DNA of 64,000 bases, from positions 62,001 to 126,000 of the forward strand of contig QPGO01000033.1 in NCBI GenBank assembly GCA_008632985.1. The letters are read 5' to 3'. The notes beneath the pieces were generated by a model. That model saw nothing but the letters and a program-made list of their open reading frames with translations. It had not been told where the DNA came from and ran no database searches. The position numbers and the translations under genes are program-made. Positions 11,435 to 24,301 of the stretch are shown here, piece after piece; positions within the stretch are counted from its first letter, which is position 1; each line of letters opens with the position of its first letter. The DNA is from Psammoneis japonica. Its lineage: Eukaryota.

Positions 11435-13740
11435 ATGAAGCTTTCCCAACGCGCACTTCATGCGGTGATTGGCGTGTCGGCCACAATGACTTTGAGCGTC
11501 GACGGGTTTGTGGTACGGCCGTTTTCCTCGCCGAATACAGTCAGCCATGGCGCTGCATTAAAAGTGACAAATAGTCCCTTTACGGGGTACCAACCGTCGG
11601 CACCTGGAGGAGAAGCTGGTGTTCCTCCGCAAGCCACGAACGACCAGTTTGCCGGGTACCAGCCGACGGCGGCAGCCTCGAGTATGGAAACATCCATCAA
11701 TAATCCACAAGCCACCCAAGCTACGAATGATCCCTTTGCCGGATATCAGCCTGCGGCTCCTGCTCCACAAGCGACCCAGGATACCTTTGCTGGATACCAG
11801 CCACCACCACCACAACAACCCCCGGTGGAGGCCTCCACCAACACTGCTTCTCAACAAGTCAGCAACGATTCAGTCGAGGACCTATTGAATCTTGAGAAGG
11901 AGTATGAGACTCTGAAACAAGGGTCGAGGAATATTCAGATTCAGTTGAGAGCTGAAATCGTTGAACTGAAGGACCAACTCAGGTATGTCTGTTGTGTAGT
12001 TGACATGTGGATTTGTGTACTAGTAACATTCTCGTTCGCTAACATACCGCTCTCTATTTGCTTCGCCCCGTCCATAGAAAGCAAGCATCGACTTTGAATT
12101 ATCAAGTTGAGGACTTGCAGGAACAGCTGCAGGCAGCTGAAGCGGAGTTGGAGACGACGACGAAAAAGTTCAAGGCTGTCGGATTGGCGGTTGAAGCAAA
12201 ACTCATGAAAGAGAACGCTGCTGTGACTGAGGAACGCGACGAGTTGCTTGAAAAGATTAAGGAGATGGAGGAGATGCAAGACTACATTGCTTTTGCCGAG
12301 AAGCGAGATGCCGAGCTTCGCCAGGTGATTGAGACCGTCACCAAGGAACGCGACGAGTTTGGAGCAAAGCTCAAGGTGCTTGAGGAAACCGAGAGACTTC
12401 TCGCTGCGGCTGGTACCAAGGAAGCAGAGCTCAGGAATGAGTTGGCGGAAATGGCCAAGGCCCGAGATGCAGCCTTGACGGAGACGAGAGACCTCCAGGC
12501 TACCGTGGAAGCAACAAAGGCAGACTTCCGCAAGGTGAACGACGCTATTATTCAGGAACGTCTTGAATTTCAGACGCAGCTCAACTTGCTGCAGGAGACG
12601 AAGGAACTCCTTGCTGCTTCGAAGCAACGAGAAGCTGACCTTGTCCAGGAAATGGAAGCTGAGCGTGCCCAAGCTTTGCAAAAGACAGACGAGCTTCAGG
12701 CTACCGTGGATAGAACTAAGGCGGAGTTCCAGCAAGTCAACGATGCTATCATTAAGGAGCGTCAAGAGTTTGAAGAGCAACTAGCAGGGCTCCAGAAGAC
12801 TAAAGATCTCCTTGCCGCCTCCGTCAAGAAGGAAGAAGAACTAAGGCAACAAATAGAGAGAGATCAGGCTGAAGCGGCCCAGCAGCATGGTGTCCTCAAG
12901 GCAGCGGCCGAGGCCACCAAGGAAGATTTCCGCAGAGTGAACGAAGAGATCATCAAGGAACGTAAAGAATTTGCCGCTCAGTTGGAGGCCCTTCAGAAAA
13001 CAAAAGACCTGTTGGCTTCTGCAGAACAACGAGAGCTTCAACTTAAGCAGCAACTCCAGACTTTGGAAAGTGAACGAGATCAGACACTAAAGGAGAATAA
13101 GGAGCTGCAGGCTAGTGCCGAGAAAATGAGAGCTGAATTCCAACAGGTGAATGACGCCATCATTCAGGAGCGTAAGGAGTTCCACGAGAAGATCCAGGTG
13201 CTACAAAAGGCAAACGACGATCTATCGAGTAAGGAAAAGAGAGAAGTTGAGCTGCTGAATGCCAAGCAAATTGAGCTTGATGCTGCGCTGAATGAGAATG
13301 TCTTCCTCAAGGCGGAAGCGGAGCAGCGGGACGCAGAGCTGCGCAAGTTGAACGCAGAGATTGCCCAGGAACGCAACGACTTCCAGACTCAGATGCAGGC
13401 GTTGCAAATGTCAAAGGATCTCTTGAACATGGCAGAAAAGAGGGAAGCCGACCTCCGCCAAGACTTGAAGGTCATGTCCAAGGAACGGAGTGAGTTGCTC
13501 CGTGAGCTACAGACAAAAGAAGAAAAGGACAAGGAGATTTCTCTCAGCTTGAAACAGCGTTTGGAGCAGGAACACACTGAGCGCATGAAACTCGAGCTGC
13601 AAGTCAGCGCTATCGATCGCCAAACCAATACTCGCCGAAGGAGGAAGAAGTCTCGCCTAGCACAACTCTTTGTGGGAAGTCGTGTCAACGGGTTGTCAGA
13701 TGAGCTGAGTAAGTTGACCAGGAGCAAGCAGCATCCGTGA
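11435..13740 (+). CDS. Long coiled-coil repeat protein, probably plastid-targeted (paralog 2); intron 11983-12077
   Basis: Clear paralog of 6306-8205 with the same intron position and phase (LR/KQ), signal peptide ending VDG-FVVRP, four GYQP repeats and the same 67/67/70-aa repeat spacing. Confidence 0.82.
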
Positions 13741-13979
13741 GGATTTGTGGTTGCGGAGGAAAGCTTTGGGTTTAACATTGTTGTATAATAATGAAGTACT
13801 GTAGTTTCATAGGAGTTAAGGAGCATCTAGTTAAACGTCATTGTCTGTTAAAAATTCAACAGTGATCGACTCGTGTAGTAGTACTACCACTTGTAGGGAG
13901 CTGACCCTGCTCAATCGGCGGCGATTGTCGTCATCAGCAGTGCCGCAAAAGGCTTCAGCTGAGAACCGTGGCAGAAGAA

Positions 13980-16900
13980 TCATAACTTATCCCTCGAGGG
14001 GAATACATCTCCGTCAATTCCGATCCACCCTGCTGGCCATTCAAAAGCATATACAGCAAATGCGTACCTTGTATCGTTTTTCCATGTGTGGAGTTCCGTC
14101 TTTTTGTCCAGGAACGAATACCACGAGTCTTTCATGGTCATGCCGTGATAGCCTCGCAGCCTATTGATATACCCAGAAAACGTGGAAAACCATGTTCCAG
14201 CGAAGGCTCTCCCTCGGCTGGCAACTATTGTGTCGATCATTCCCATGAAGTTCGGATCAAGTTCACCAAGCTTTGCGAAGTCCCAGTAGTCGTCGAGGAA
14301 TCTAAGCGTGTGGTGTTTAGCAATTGGGTCAAACCATGTCTTGTTGCGTTCATCAGTGGCGATATAAAGAATTTCATTCGACTGCCAGACCTCCTTGGTG
14401 TTTTCGTACCACTCCTCTGCCGGCAATTTCACTTTTTTGTATTGAAAGTCGCCTCGTCGAATGTGCATGGAGGAGTAACCTCCGCCACCTTCTTGGTCAA
14501 CAGTAAAGCCTCGTTTCGCACCCTCGGCTTGCAATGCTTTCACAATTTTGCCTGCAGCGCAGTAAATTGCGTCGTGATAATGTAGAAAGTCACGAACGAA
14601 CCGATGAAAGTAGTTCCCAATCGCTGGGTCGGTGAAAAACAACATTCCATAGTAATGTGCAAGCATTCGCCACTCCTTTTCGCCCGCTCTAAAATGAATC
14701 AGAGGATGGTCTCGGAGTTCACTATCCCAGTAAGCGATTTTGCGATTCTACCTCAATAAGGTTGTCAGACGGACAGGAGATGGGGTTAGTGTTTCACCCT
14801 CCTGCCACAATGTTATCGAGGCCCTTGGTAGCAAAACTTACCCCGCAGAATTTCTTTGCTGCAGCTGTATTTTCTGGCTTCATTGTAGAGCCATTATAAA
14901 CATCCTGGTCAAAGACTACACAGTAGTCATGCGACCTAAACTCTGGTACGTGCCCAACCGACGCCAAGTAATTGTTTACATGACCACAAAAATTATCCAC
15001 TGAAAGGAATACAAACGACAGAATGAGCATCCGCTACAGAGAGATGGTGACATGTTACAGGTCTTCACGGCGATACTCACTCTTCTTCATGTTGATGCAA
15101 TGCGCAGCTGTTTTGGTGACATTTGCGACGCTTTCTTCTGGTATTGCCAATGGTCCGCTGTGACCTTCACGACGAACAAATTCCTCCATGGTTATTACTT
15201 TGACGCGTTTCTGAAATTCGTCAGCATGCAATGGAAAGAAATCGGCAAAACCACGACCCCACTTCTTCTTGTCATGCTGTATTGCGCGCGAACAGATTGT
15301 GAGAGATGATAAAAACAACGAGTAATCCAAGCTGTGTCCGGAGCATGAACACGCAAACAGGTATTGTCGAAACGTACGTGGAGCAAGTATAGATTCATTT
15401 CTGGCGGAAGGATGAGTGTTCTACCCGACGCTGCGGCAATGACAAAGATGATTTCCATAGACATTCGAATGTTGTTCCATCCGCCTGATGGTTTCGCAAG
15501 AATAGCAGTCGTCAAACGACAAAGTGAGTTAAGTTACATGTCATTAGTCATCGGTAACCTTCTAATTAGAAACAGCGCTTACCAGTATCAGGCGAAAAGG
15601 AGATGTATTTCTCTCCCTGCAAGTTCGAGAAACAGCGATAAAAAGCGTTGAGCAAACCACCTATGACGACAAGGCGCAGCACGACACACCGGCTTACCTC
15701 AACCGCAAAGGGCGATTTGAATTCCACATCACGGCGCCCCTGTGGATCATTCCAATACGCCATTGAATCAACATTTATGTCACATTGGATTTGGGCGCGC
15801 GAAGCACCCTGTAACGCCGGCGTCTGCGACAGTGGTAAACCTGCAACACCCCTTGCAATAGGATGGCTCTCCCGAAACCCTTCGTCTTGTTTCAATTCAG
15901 TCAGCTCCGGAAGATCGACAATACGCTGCTTGCGAACAAACAAAGTCAAGCTGAGAATGCTGGAAAACTAGAGCAATCAAACTCAATCAAAATTGTCGTA
16001 CCTTGGCGTCACTGGTCTTTTTCTCTTGGGTAGATTGCGGCTCGTGCCCGGGTGGTAGCACATCTTCTCGTTCGTGCTCCACCACCGTGTCACCATCAAT
16101 ACCGACCCACCCAATTGGAAACTCCCGAGCAGGATAGTTTCCAAATGGATAAGTCCAGTTATGCATTCTCTTCTGTCTCGGCAAGAAGCTAAACCACGAA
16201 TCCTTCATCGAAAAGCCATTGTAACCTCGCAGGCGATTAATGTAGCCTGTAAAGGACGAGAACCACGTACCGGCAAATGACCTTCCCTGACTGGCAACAA
16301 TGGTATCAATCATTCCCAAATAGGACGAATCAAGCTCGGCCAAATTGGCCATTTCGAAGTAATCATCCAAGAATTTCAATCTGTGATGCTTGGCAAAGGG
16401 CTGGAACCATGTCTTGTTGCGCTCGTCCGTGGCAATGTACAAGAGCTCGTTCGGTTGCCATATGTGTTTGGTATTGTTGTACCAATCCTCCGCAGACAAT
16501 CTCGTTTCCTTGAATTGAAAGTCACCCCGTCGCACATGAAGGGTCGAAAAAGAAGAGTCGGCGGCGTCCTCATCAAGAGCGTGTACAATTTTGCCGGCAG
16601 CGCAAAAGATTTCATCCGTGTAGTGCAGAAAGTCCCGAACAAAGCGTTTGTAATAATTGTCTGCGATTGGATCCGTGAAGTAGATGAAGGAGTAAAAGTG
16701 ATTCAGGATTCGATGTTCGTGATGACCACCGTCCCAATGAATCCACTCGGTATCGTGCAGTTCTTGATCGTAGTAAACGGGTGTTCGGGCGTCCTGTATC
16801 AGTAGTAAGGAAGACAAGATTGTGAGATACAAGATATGCGCCTTACGTTTGACGCCAAAAAGCATGCCTTACCCCACAGAACCGGTCTACGCGACTTTTG

Positions 16901-17937
16901 GTGTCGTCCGAAACATTCTTGCCTTGAAATGACGGTTCATCAAAGACAAAACAATTCACTCTCGCCTCCATGGGTGGTTGCATCCCGTCCTTTCTCAGTA
17001 GCTCCCATAATGGCTCGCAATGCCTCGGGTCATTTTTCTTGTATATACACATGTCAGCCGTGGGTAACAAGTCATTGATTTGAGACTCGGTCAAATGCAG
17101 GAACCTCTGTCCGTGCTGTTGAATGAATTCCTTCATGGTTATCACTTTGAGTCTGTTGCCAAGTCGATCCAGTGGAAAAAAGTTCCCAAAGCTCCTGGCG
17201 CCCTTTTCTCCCATTCCCAATAGATAAAAGGGTGCCCTCGGTGGCAAGACCAAGGTCCGTCCCATGGCCAGTGCCATGACAAAGATGTTTTCCAGGCTCA
17301 TGCGAATATTGTTCCATCCACCCAAGTCGGCTTCAAACGTGAGAAACTTTTCTTCCTTGGAGCGAAAGGGTGATTGAAACTCTTCATCCCGAGTTCCCTG
17401 CGGATGATTCCAATACGCCAGATCGTCTACATTTTCGTCACACTGAATGGTTCCTCGTTTGGCACCAATCAAGGCTGGTGTTTGACTTGCGGGCAAACCC
17501 GATACGCCCCGCGCAAGCGACGAATAAATCTTTTTTTCATTTTCATCGTCCTCGTTGCTTCGTTTTGCGCGTGGTGATGAGAACCAATTTTGCAAAACAC
17601 CGTTGTTGGATTTCTTGTTTTCATTCGAAAACAAATGCCAATTGCGCTTTATGAAATGTGACTTGTGCAAGAGCGCATTTAATCCGTGTTCTCGTTGTTG
17701 CTCTGACGACTCCTCACTTATACCTGCATATTGCAGCAGAATGGCTGGTACAAATACAGACCACAGAATCAGAAAGGCACCGACACAAAGCAAACCCATC
17801 TTTAACGTCCACCAATTGGAAGCAGTAGTAGCTTCTCCAGCTGCGCCTGTTTGACGCTGGCGTTTCACAGAACGGGCAGAGCGATACCGGGGTCGCTTGG
17901 AATGATTATTATTGCCGCCATTCTTGGAAAAATACAT
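13980..17937 (-). CDS. Type II membrane GDP-fucose protein O-fucosyltransferase-like protein with two tandem catalytic domains; multi-exon
   Basis: N-terminal TM; GGWNNIRMS.E......GRTL.LPP occurs twice; H(V/I)RRGDFQ, LYIATDERNK and GMIDTIVAS.GR.FAGTWFS each occur twice (ORFs 16843-17937, 15987-16865, 15566-15949, 15195-15515, 15055-15330, 13980-14666). Could be two adjacent genes. Confidence 0.75.
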
Positions 17938-18280
17938 TGTATGTTGCTGGCGTTCTTGTTGCTAAACGGAGAAGACTTGGGCGTATTACATCAAACAACA
18001 CAGTAGATAAAACGCAATGCCATTGTCTCTGCATGCACTCTGCACTCTGCGTCGATCCAACGCAGAAGTTTTATGTTTGGTCTTCACGCATGTTGTTATT
18101 GAATGTAGAAACAGACATTTCGATTTTAGAAGCACTGTCGCCCACATTTCATCAACAGAGGAGAAGCCTTGTAATGCTTTCGTGCTGTTATTCGCACCTC
18201 TTCTTACCGTTCCTTGTTGGTATCTCAAGGTTGTTATTGTTGCCAATAGTGTGTTGTTGTCGAACGTACGTATGAAACCC

Positions 18281-18582
18281 AATGCAGAACATGCGCAAGG
18301 GAAGAGTGGTGGCTTCTCGCATGTCTTGTGTGTTTCATGTTGCATCTTGTCGTTTCACAATGCTGCCATTCTCCAACACTTCCAAGACTCCGAGAACACT
18401 CGTGCGCGGTAAGCCAAAGCTCAAATTGATGCTCGGGGATCTATATAAAGTTATGAATCTAGAACATGCTTAAGGGAAGAGCAGCGGCTTCTCCCACGTC
18501 TTGCGTGTTTCATGTTGTTGCATCTTCTTGGCGTTTCACAACGCTGCCATTCGCCAACACTTTCAAGTCTCCGTGATGCTCC
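18281..18582. repeat. Diverged direct duplication of about 120 bp (18281-18400 vs 18456-18582) covering the 3-prime end of the 2OG oxygenase gene
   Basis: Shared agaacatgc..aagggaagag...gcttctc...gtttcatgttg...cgtttcacaa.gctgccattc.ccaacactt.caag.ctccg. Confidence 0.85.
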
Positions 18583-19615
18583 ACAAACACACGTGGATGA
18601 GATCGTGCAAGGCTCTTGAATGCATTCTTTCCATAATGAGCATGCATCACGTTTCCAGCTTGAATCCATCGTTTCTTGTCTCTGGAGCGTTCCCACAAGT
18701 CATCATGGACGTGGAGTGGTTCCGTCACGACGGCTGAGAGAGTTGGATTGTAAAAAAAGGGAATGGATATGCGTGCCTTGTTGTCACTGCTACTACTGGG
18801 TGATAGTACAACACGGTGCGGTGTGGCCAAGAGATACCCGCCACTCACAAGCTCTGCAACTTCGCCCAAGTTGCAAACCAAAACGTCGGGTCCGCGGGTG
18901 GAACATTGATCCAGTCGTTTCCATTTACATTGACTTGCAAGCCTCCCACTTGATCTTGAAGAAGCAAAGTGAAGAATCCTGTATCCGTATGAGCACCGAC
19001 GCCGCAGGTATCTTGTTTTGAATCACGTGGTTGTGTGGATCTACTGGATGTGAGTTTGAGCTGCCAGAATGGATCCTTCTGAAACAAGTGGTCAAGTGCG
19101 TCGCTATCTAATCCCAGCGCGAGACCCAGAGCTTGTACCAATTGTTCCGATATTCGAATCAACTGTTGCGTGTATTCCATAATACACGGTTTTAGATTAG
19201 GTTGTGAATTTTCCGGCCACTGATTTGGTCCCTTGAGTCGTTCGTAATAGTTGGGCCAAGCCAAAGCATTGTTTGTTGTTGCTGCACAGTCTTTTGCAAT
19301 TTCAACTTGCTCTCGAAAATCCGTTTTACCGCCCGTATTTTCCACTCCCAATGGCATGTAACCACGAAAGGCGGGGCTCTTGTTGTAGGATATCTTGAGC
19401 TTTTCCTCTTTTGCCAAGTCGAAAAAGCTGCGAGTGTGATTCAGGGCTTGTTGCGCAAGGTTCGGTGGCAAGTCATGCTTGAGAGTAAAGAACCCAACCA
19501 CATGACAAGCATGACGTAGTTCCTTTACAAAGCCATGTGGATCACTGTACCACTTGCAAATATCCAACAGTGGCAGTGCTGCTGTCTTTGTTGCCGCCGT
19601 CCTCGTCGTCGTCAT
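18510..19615 (-). CDS. 2-oxoglutarate/Fe(II) dioxygenase (isopenicillin N synthase-like); 1-bp frameshift near 18880
   Basis: LPLLDI, ACHVVGFF, FRGY, GPNQWP, GVGAHTDTGFFTLLLQDQVGGLQV, then VCNLGE...ATPHRV...RISIPFFYNP in the next frame. Confidence 0.88.
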
Positions 19616-19767
19616 GGCGCATACATACATGTACGTGATTTTTGATTTTCGAAATTCAGAAACTCCCTCCGACACGCACGGACACAAAGACAGACACGCT
19701 GAACGCGACAACCACAATGGCCTGCAGAACGCGGCGAAGGTTGGGCTTGCTTACTTAGCTTTGCTTC

Positions 19768-20629
19768 ATGGTTTGGAATCCAGCGATCTCATTTTCTGTC
19801 AAACACACGATAAGATCCAAGATGATGTTGTTGCCGTTCGATGCGCACAACCACGTTCATTTGTGTACGAATCCTCAGGCGCTGACAAATCTCGTATCCG
19901 GTGATGGGTCTCTGGACGGAATGGCTGTCATGTCTACACATCCTCGCGACTTTGATGTAATATCCAGCCTATCCGAGCAGAAACGGGATAATATGAATAT
20001 TGTTCCGTGCTTTGGAGTGCATCCCTGGTTTATTCATGAGCTTGAAGAAGTTTCCAACAATGATGATGAGTTGGAGGACTCCATCGTTTCTCACTGGAGG
20101 CATTTCCAAACGCAATTGTAGGAGAGATTGGATTGGACGGACATCGCTACAATCCTGATACGGGAGAGCTTGTGACACCCATGGAACGACAAGTATCTCT
20201 TTTTGAATTACAAATGAAAATTGCGGCTCGTTTCGATCGCCCCGTGAGTCTTCATGCGGTGCTTTGTTGGGGTCCCTTTATGAAGTCTCTCTCCAAACTG
20301 AAAAAGAATCACGGCTTGCCTCCCACATTGTACTTTCATGCCTTTGGTGGAAAGGAGGAACCGTAGACCAATTGTTGGCGCTGTGTCGAGGTAGACAAGC
20401 CTACTTTGGCTTTGCTCCGTGCATCAATTTTCGTTCACCCAAGACGGCACAAGTGATGCGCAAAATCGGTCTCCACCGGCTCGTGTTAGAGACGGATCGG
20501 GAAAACGCTGCGCTGGTCCGAGAGGAAATTGGAATGGGAATTGACATGATTGCCAAGGCTCTGGATGTTTCAAAGCAAGAGGTTGTAGAACAAACTACAG
20601 CAAACTCTAGAAAGTTGTATCGACTCTGA
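19768..20629 (+). CDS. TatD-family DNase/amidohydrolase; frameshifts near 20100 and 20355; start uncertain
   Basis: DAHNHVH, PCFGVHPW, VGEIGLDG, RPVSLHAV, YFHAFGG and RLVLETD spread over three frames. Confidence 0.8.
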
Positions 20630-20930
20630 CTCGAATAATATCGACAGAGGACGGTATTCAAAGACTCAGAAGCTCGCCGCGAATGCGGCCCAAGTATTTC
20701 TTTATCGAAATATTCTGGAAGGTTACCAGATAAACGGAGAATTGCCTGACTCCATCTCTACTGTACTTGCTGTCTAAAATGTTGCATCAAAAGCCTCCAA
20801 AGGCACAGGCTGCACAAAAACGTCAAACAATGTATGACTTCAGGCTATTGCAAGGCTTATTCAACAAGAAGTTGTGGGCCTCTGCTACACTATGAGAACT
20901 CGGCTTTATTCTTGTGTACAAGAACTCTAG

Positions 20931-23564
20931 CTAGAGCCCTTTTGCGTGAGACCTTTGTCTTGTGTATCCAGTAGTGTTTTCTCGTTTTTCTACTGCAGTA
21001 GAAGAGTAAGCATCTCGCCTATATTGAAAGGCGCTTCTGATGGGTGGTGCTCGTCCATTGATTGGAGTCCGGACAAATGACCTAGGATTTCTGGGACTGT
21101 CTGCGGATTTCTTTCCCGTGACTCCCTTCTTCGATGTGTCTCCTCGTCTCACCTTCAGATTGGAAGGAGGAAAGTCATTTCGAGGCGGTTTGTCTCTCCT
21201 ATAAAGTGTCGCTGAATCAACCCGCCTTTTCGCTGATTCCTTTTCTAAACGTGGTACACTGCTAAACGAGCTCGAGCTTGAGTTACAATCGTAAAACTTT
21301 GGCGTATTGATCTTCAACTCCTTCTCGTTTAGGTTTTTTCCATCACACATGAAAAGGTCTTGGCATCCATGAACACCAAAGTTGTTCTCAAGCCACGCAA
21401 TTGTGTGTAATTGAAAGCTTTCACCCGAGTCAGGCATAAAAGTCTCTTGTGCTTTTCGAGATTCCGCAAGCGAGTTGTTGCTCACGGAGTCGTCATCGTC
21501 TTCCTTTCTGGACACACCTGGAGCTTTGAATTTACTTGCACTCACGGGAGTATAATGATCTTGTCCGCAAACCATATTCATGTTTTCGTCTATTGGAAGA
21601 AGCTTCCTGAAGGATTGGAAGGTGTATTCTAAAAATGGGGTTTCATCAGCACAACTACCGTAATCACCTTGCTGTCCGTTAGTCATGCTTGTTCCGTGTG
21701 AAACCGTGCCAGTCAATACTGTCACAGAGTCGTCATCCTTTGTCTCGTCCTGATACTTTTTGTCCACAATTGAAGTAGACAATGCACTGATGGCAGATGC
21801 GTCGCTCCTTTTTCGGACTTGCTGAACTGGAGCTTTCAGATCAATCCTGAAGTTGTCCGAGTTTTCTGTCATGTTTCGCTTCAAGAAGTTGAGGTTGCCA
21901 GCGGCTGGGTGGAGCGGAGGCAGAGTACATCCTTTCTTTGTCTTATTTCTTGCTTCGACAGATGCTGACATTCCACTAATCACCGACATTTCACTTTCTC
22001 TCCCAACGATGTGCTGTACAGGAGCTTTTAGATTGACCTCCAAATCGTCAGAGCTCTCAGTAACAGTCCGCATCAACTCGTGTTGCTCACAAACTGGTCG
22101 ATAAAAGGGAGGGAGGGCTGCTGCTGGAAGACCATCGAATGGTTCGCCGACTTTTTCATCCGAAGGTGCGAAACAAGACTTCTTGGTCACATTATTTACA
22201 CTCCTCCTCTGAAGGCACCTTGACTTCTCGCCTTTTCTCAATACTCCTTTTACAGTCGCTACAGGAGAGAATTCGGGTATCAATAGGTCTGGTGGTGACT
22301 TCAGAGATAAGTCGTTCCCGCTCGAGCTGAGGCGCTTTCGGTTGGACGGAGCAACTGGAGGCGCACGTCTAAATATTGGTGCATAGGATTCTTGATACGG
22401 CTTGGGACTGGGCGATGAGACATCAACTTTGTGGTTGCCCGAGAAATTGTCGTCGGACATCGTGTTAAGGATGTTACTGGAAAACGAAACCGGCGTCTGT
22501 GGCTCCGTTGTACGATATGCGAGTTCGACGCTCGGCGGAGGACTTGGACTGACACACCGTTGACTTATTTGAATGTTCAAAACCGCCGCACTTTTGGACA
22601 CGGTGGTACCATTCTTACGGCGAGCCTTCACTACTGCATCCGAAAATATAAATATTTTCCTTGGCAAGAGGCATGAAAGATACGTGCAAAAATCTTCCCG
22701 GAGTAAAGATGTCATTTCTGCTTTGTTGCATTCCTCCTCTTTTTCATCCACAGCCTTGTTGAAAAAGCTATGAACGACTACCCGGCTGGAAGGATCAAAG
22801 TCAAGAGAGCCTGTATTATCGGCGATGTCAGGGTCAAAGATCTTGACTCTTTTTGAAAGTATATAGATGGCGCTATCATTCATGTCAGAAGTTGTACAAA
22901 ATGTTCGACCCTCATGTGATGATTCCTGGGTGAACTGTCGAACTATCCAATCGGCCATTGCACATCGATGGGAAAAGTAGTCGCTCCATAGCTTCACGCG
23001 GAAATATGCTTCACGGCTATCAAAGAGGAGTTGCTCCGATGAGTAAACGATACCAAAGTACTCCAGTGCAAGCAAGATATCTCGCCCCATGCTTTGTTCG
23101 GGGATTCTTAGCTTTCCAGTATTGTAATATGAGCGAATACAGCTTGTCATCCATGGCTCCCACTGGAAATCTTTATTGTGATTCGACACGATGCAGTACG
23201 ATTCCGGATCTAAGCGAATCCGAACCATCTCTCCATGAACCGTGCTATCTGCCTCGGACGCCCGCCAACTTTTGAACAAGAGGCTTTCACACCAGTTCTC
23301 TTCACTAATCTTGAACTGCTTGGAAACCTTTTGCATCTCCTTTTCCCGGTCGATCAGTAGAAACAGAGGTAAATAAAAGTATGAATCCCCTTTACTGGCA
23401 TGAATTGTGATCTTGAGAAGCGTCTTTTTGTCGGCTTTGATATTATCCAAGGCGTCCAAAGGTAAGCGTCTCGAGGCCTTTGCCCTGGTATGCAGCGGAG
23501 GTGAATAGTCAATTCTTCTCATGTCGGTCTTGCCCGCTCCTGCTTCAGGATGCCTCTTCGACAT
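20931..23564 (-). CDS. 877-aa protein with an N-terminal BTB/POZ-like region (BTBD10/KCTD20-like) and long low-complexity tail
   Basis: Long uninterrupted ORF; IRSYYNTGKLRIP...ILLALEYFGI resembles the end of a BTB domain. Confidence 0.6.
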   Translation of the reverse strand: MSKRHPEAGAGKTDMRRIDYSPPLHTRAKASRRLPLDALDNIKADKKTLLKITIHASKGDSYFYLPLFLLIDREKEMQKVSKQFKISEENWCESLLFKSWRASEADSTVHGEMVRIRLDPESYCIVSNHNKDFQWEPWMTSCIRSYYNTGKLRIPEQSMGRDILLALEYFGIVYSSEQLLFDSREAYFRVKLWSDYFSHRCAMADWIVRQFTQESSHEGRTFCTTSDMNDSAIYILSKRVKIFDPDIADNTGSLDFDPSSRVVVHSFFNKAVDEKEEECNKAEMTSLLREDFCTYLSCLLPRKIFIFSDAVVKARRKNGTTVSKSAAVLNIQISQRCVSPSPPPSVELAYRTTEPQTPVSFSSNILNTMSDDNFSGNHKVDVSSPSPKPYQESYAPIFRRAPPVAPSNRKRLSSSGNDLSLKSPPDLLIPEFSPVATVKGVLRKGEKSRCLQRRSVNNVTKKSCFAPSDEKVGEPFDGLPAAALPPFYRPVCEQHELMRTVTESSDDLEVNLKAPVQHIVGRESEMSVISGMSASVEARNKTKKGCTLPPLHPAAGNLNFLKRNMTENSDNFRIDLKAPVQQVRKRSDASAISALSTSIVDKKYQDETKDDDSVTVLTGTVSHGTSMTNGQQGDYGSCADETPFLEYTFQSFRKLLPIDENMNMVCGQDHYTPVSASKFKAPGVSRKEDDDDSVSNNSLAESRKAQETFMPDSGESFQLHTIAWLENNFGVHGCQDLFMCDGKNLNEKELKINTPKFYDCNSSSSSFSSVPRLEKESAKRRVDSATLYRRDKPPRNDFPPSNLKVRRGDTSKKGVTGKKSADSPRNPRSFVRTPINGRAPPIRSAFQYRRDAYSSTAVEKRENTTGYTRQRSHAKGL

Positions 23565-24301
23565 GAGGAATCAATCAAGTGAGAAGCCTACAGCAGCCAA
23601 GGAAAGTCTACTCCTCTAGAAGATTTGAAGGTAACTTACATTTTTTCCTGTTTTGGTTTCGTTCTTTATGGCCAAGATCATTGCTCTGATTTCTCTAGCA
23701 TCGTTGTCTTCTGTTTTGGAGTCCAGTCTATCCAGACTCGGCATGGATCGCCTTCTTGCATTTACTATGGTCATGTTTGGAAGGATAGCATGTCTCGAGG
23801 GTGGACAATGCACTGAAGTGGGAAAATAATAATGTTGTGATTGGTGAAGATCCTTTTGCCTGATTGACCTGTTACAAAATTTCAAAATCAGAATAATCCT
23901 ATTCGGAATCTAATACATTTATAATATTATTAAAGCTTTACTTCTAAATATCTAAATACCTTACGACAATCACGTGGCATGTACGTATTTTGAAATTTTG
24001 CTGTTCGGTCTCGCGAGCGCGCCGGTGAACGATCCCCTCCGTTTCGTCTGTCCGCTGAGTCAGCCGATGATACTGTAGGTTTACGTAGGATCCTACGGTG
24101 ACATCTGGGAAACGAATCGTTATCGGCATCATTCACCACGCACGTGATGTTGTGTGATGCACTCTATGTTCTCTGTTCTTCAACATCCGACATGCCGTTG
24201 GTGTGATTCTGCAATGTTCTGGCAGTTTATGTGATTTGACGAAGTCTGTCTAAGCTGCAACGAGCAACACGCTCAGAGAAAGAAAAGGAGGAAGAGGAAC
24301 A

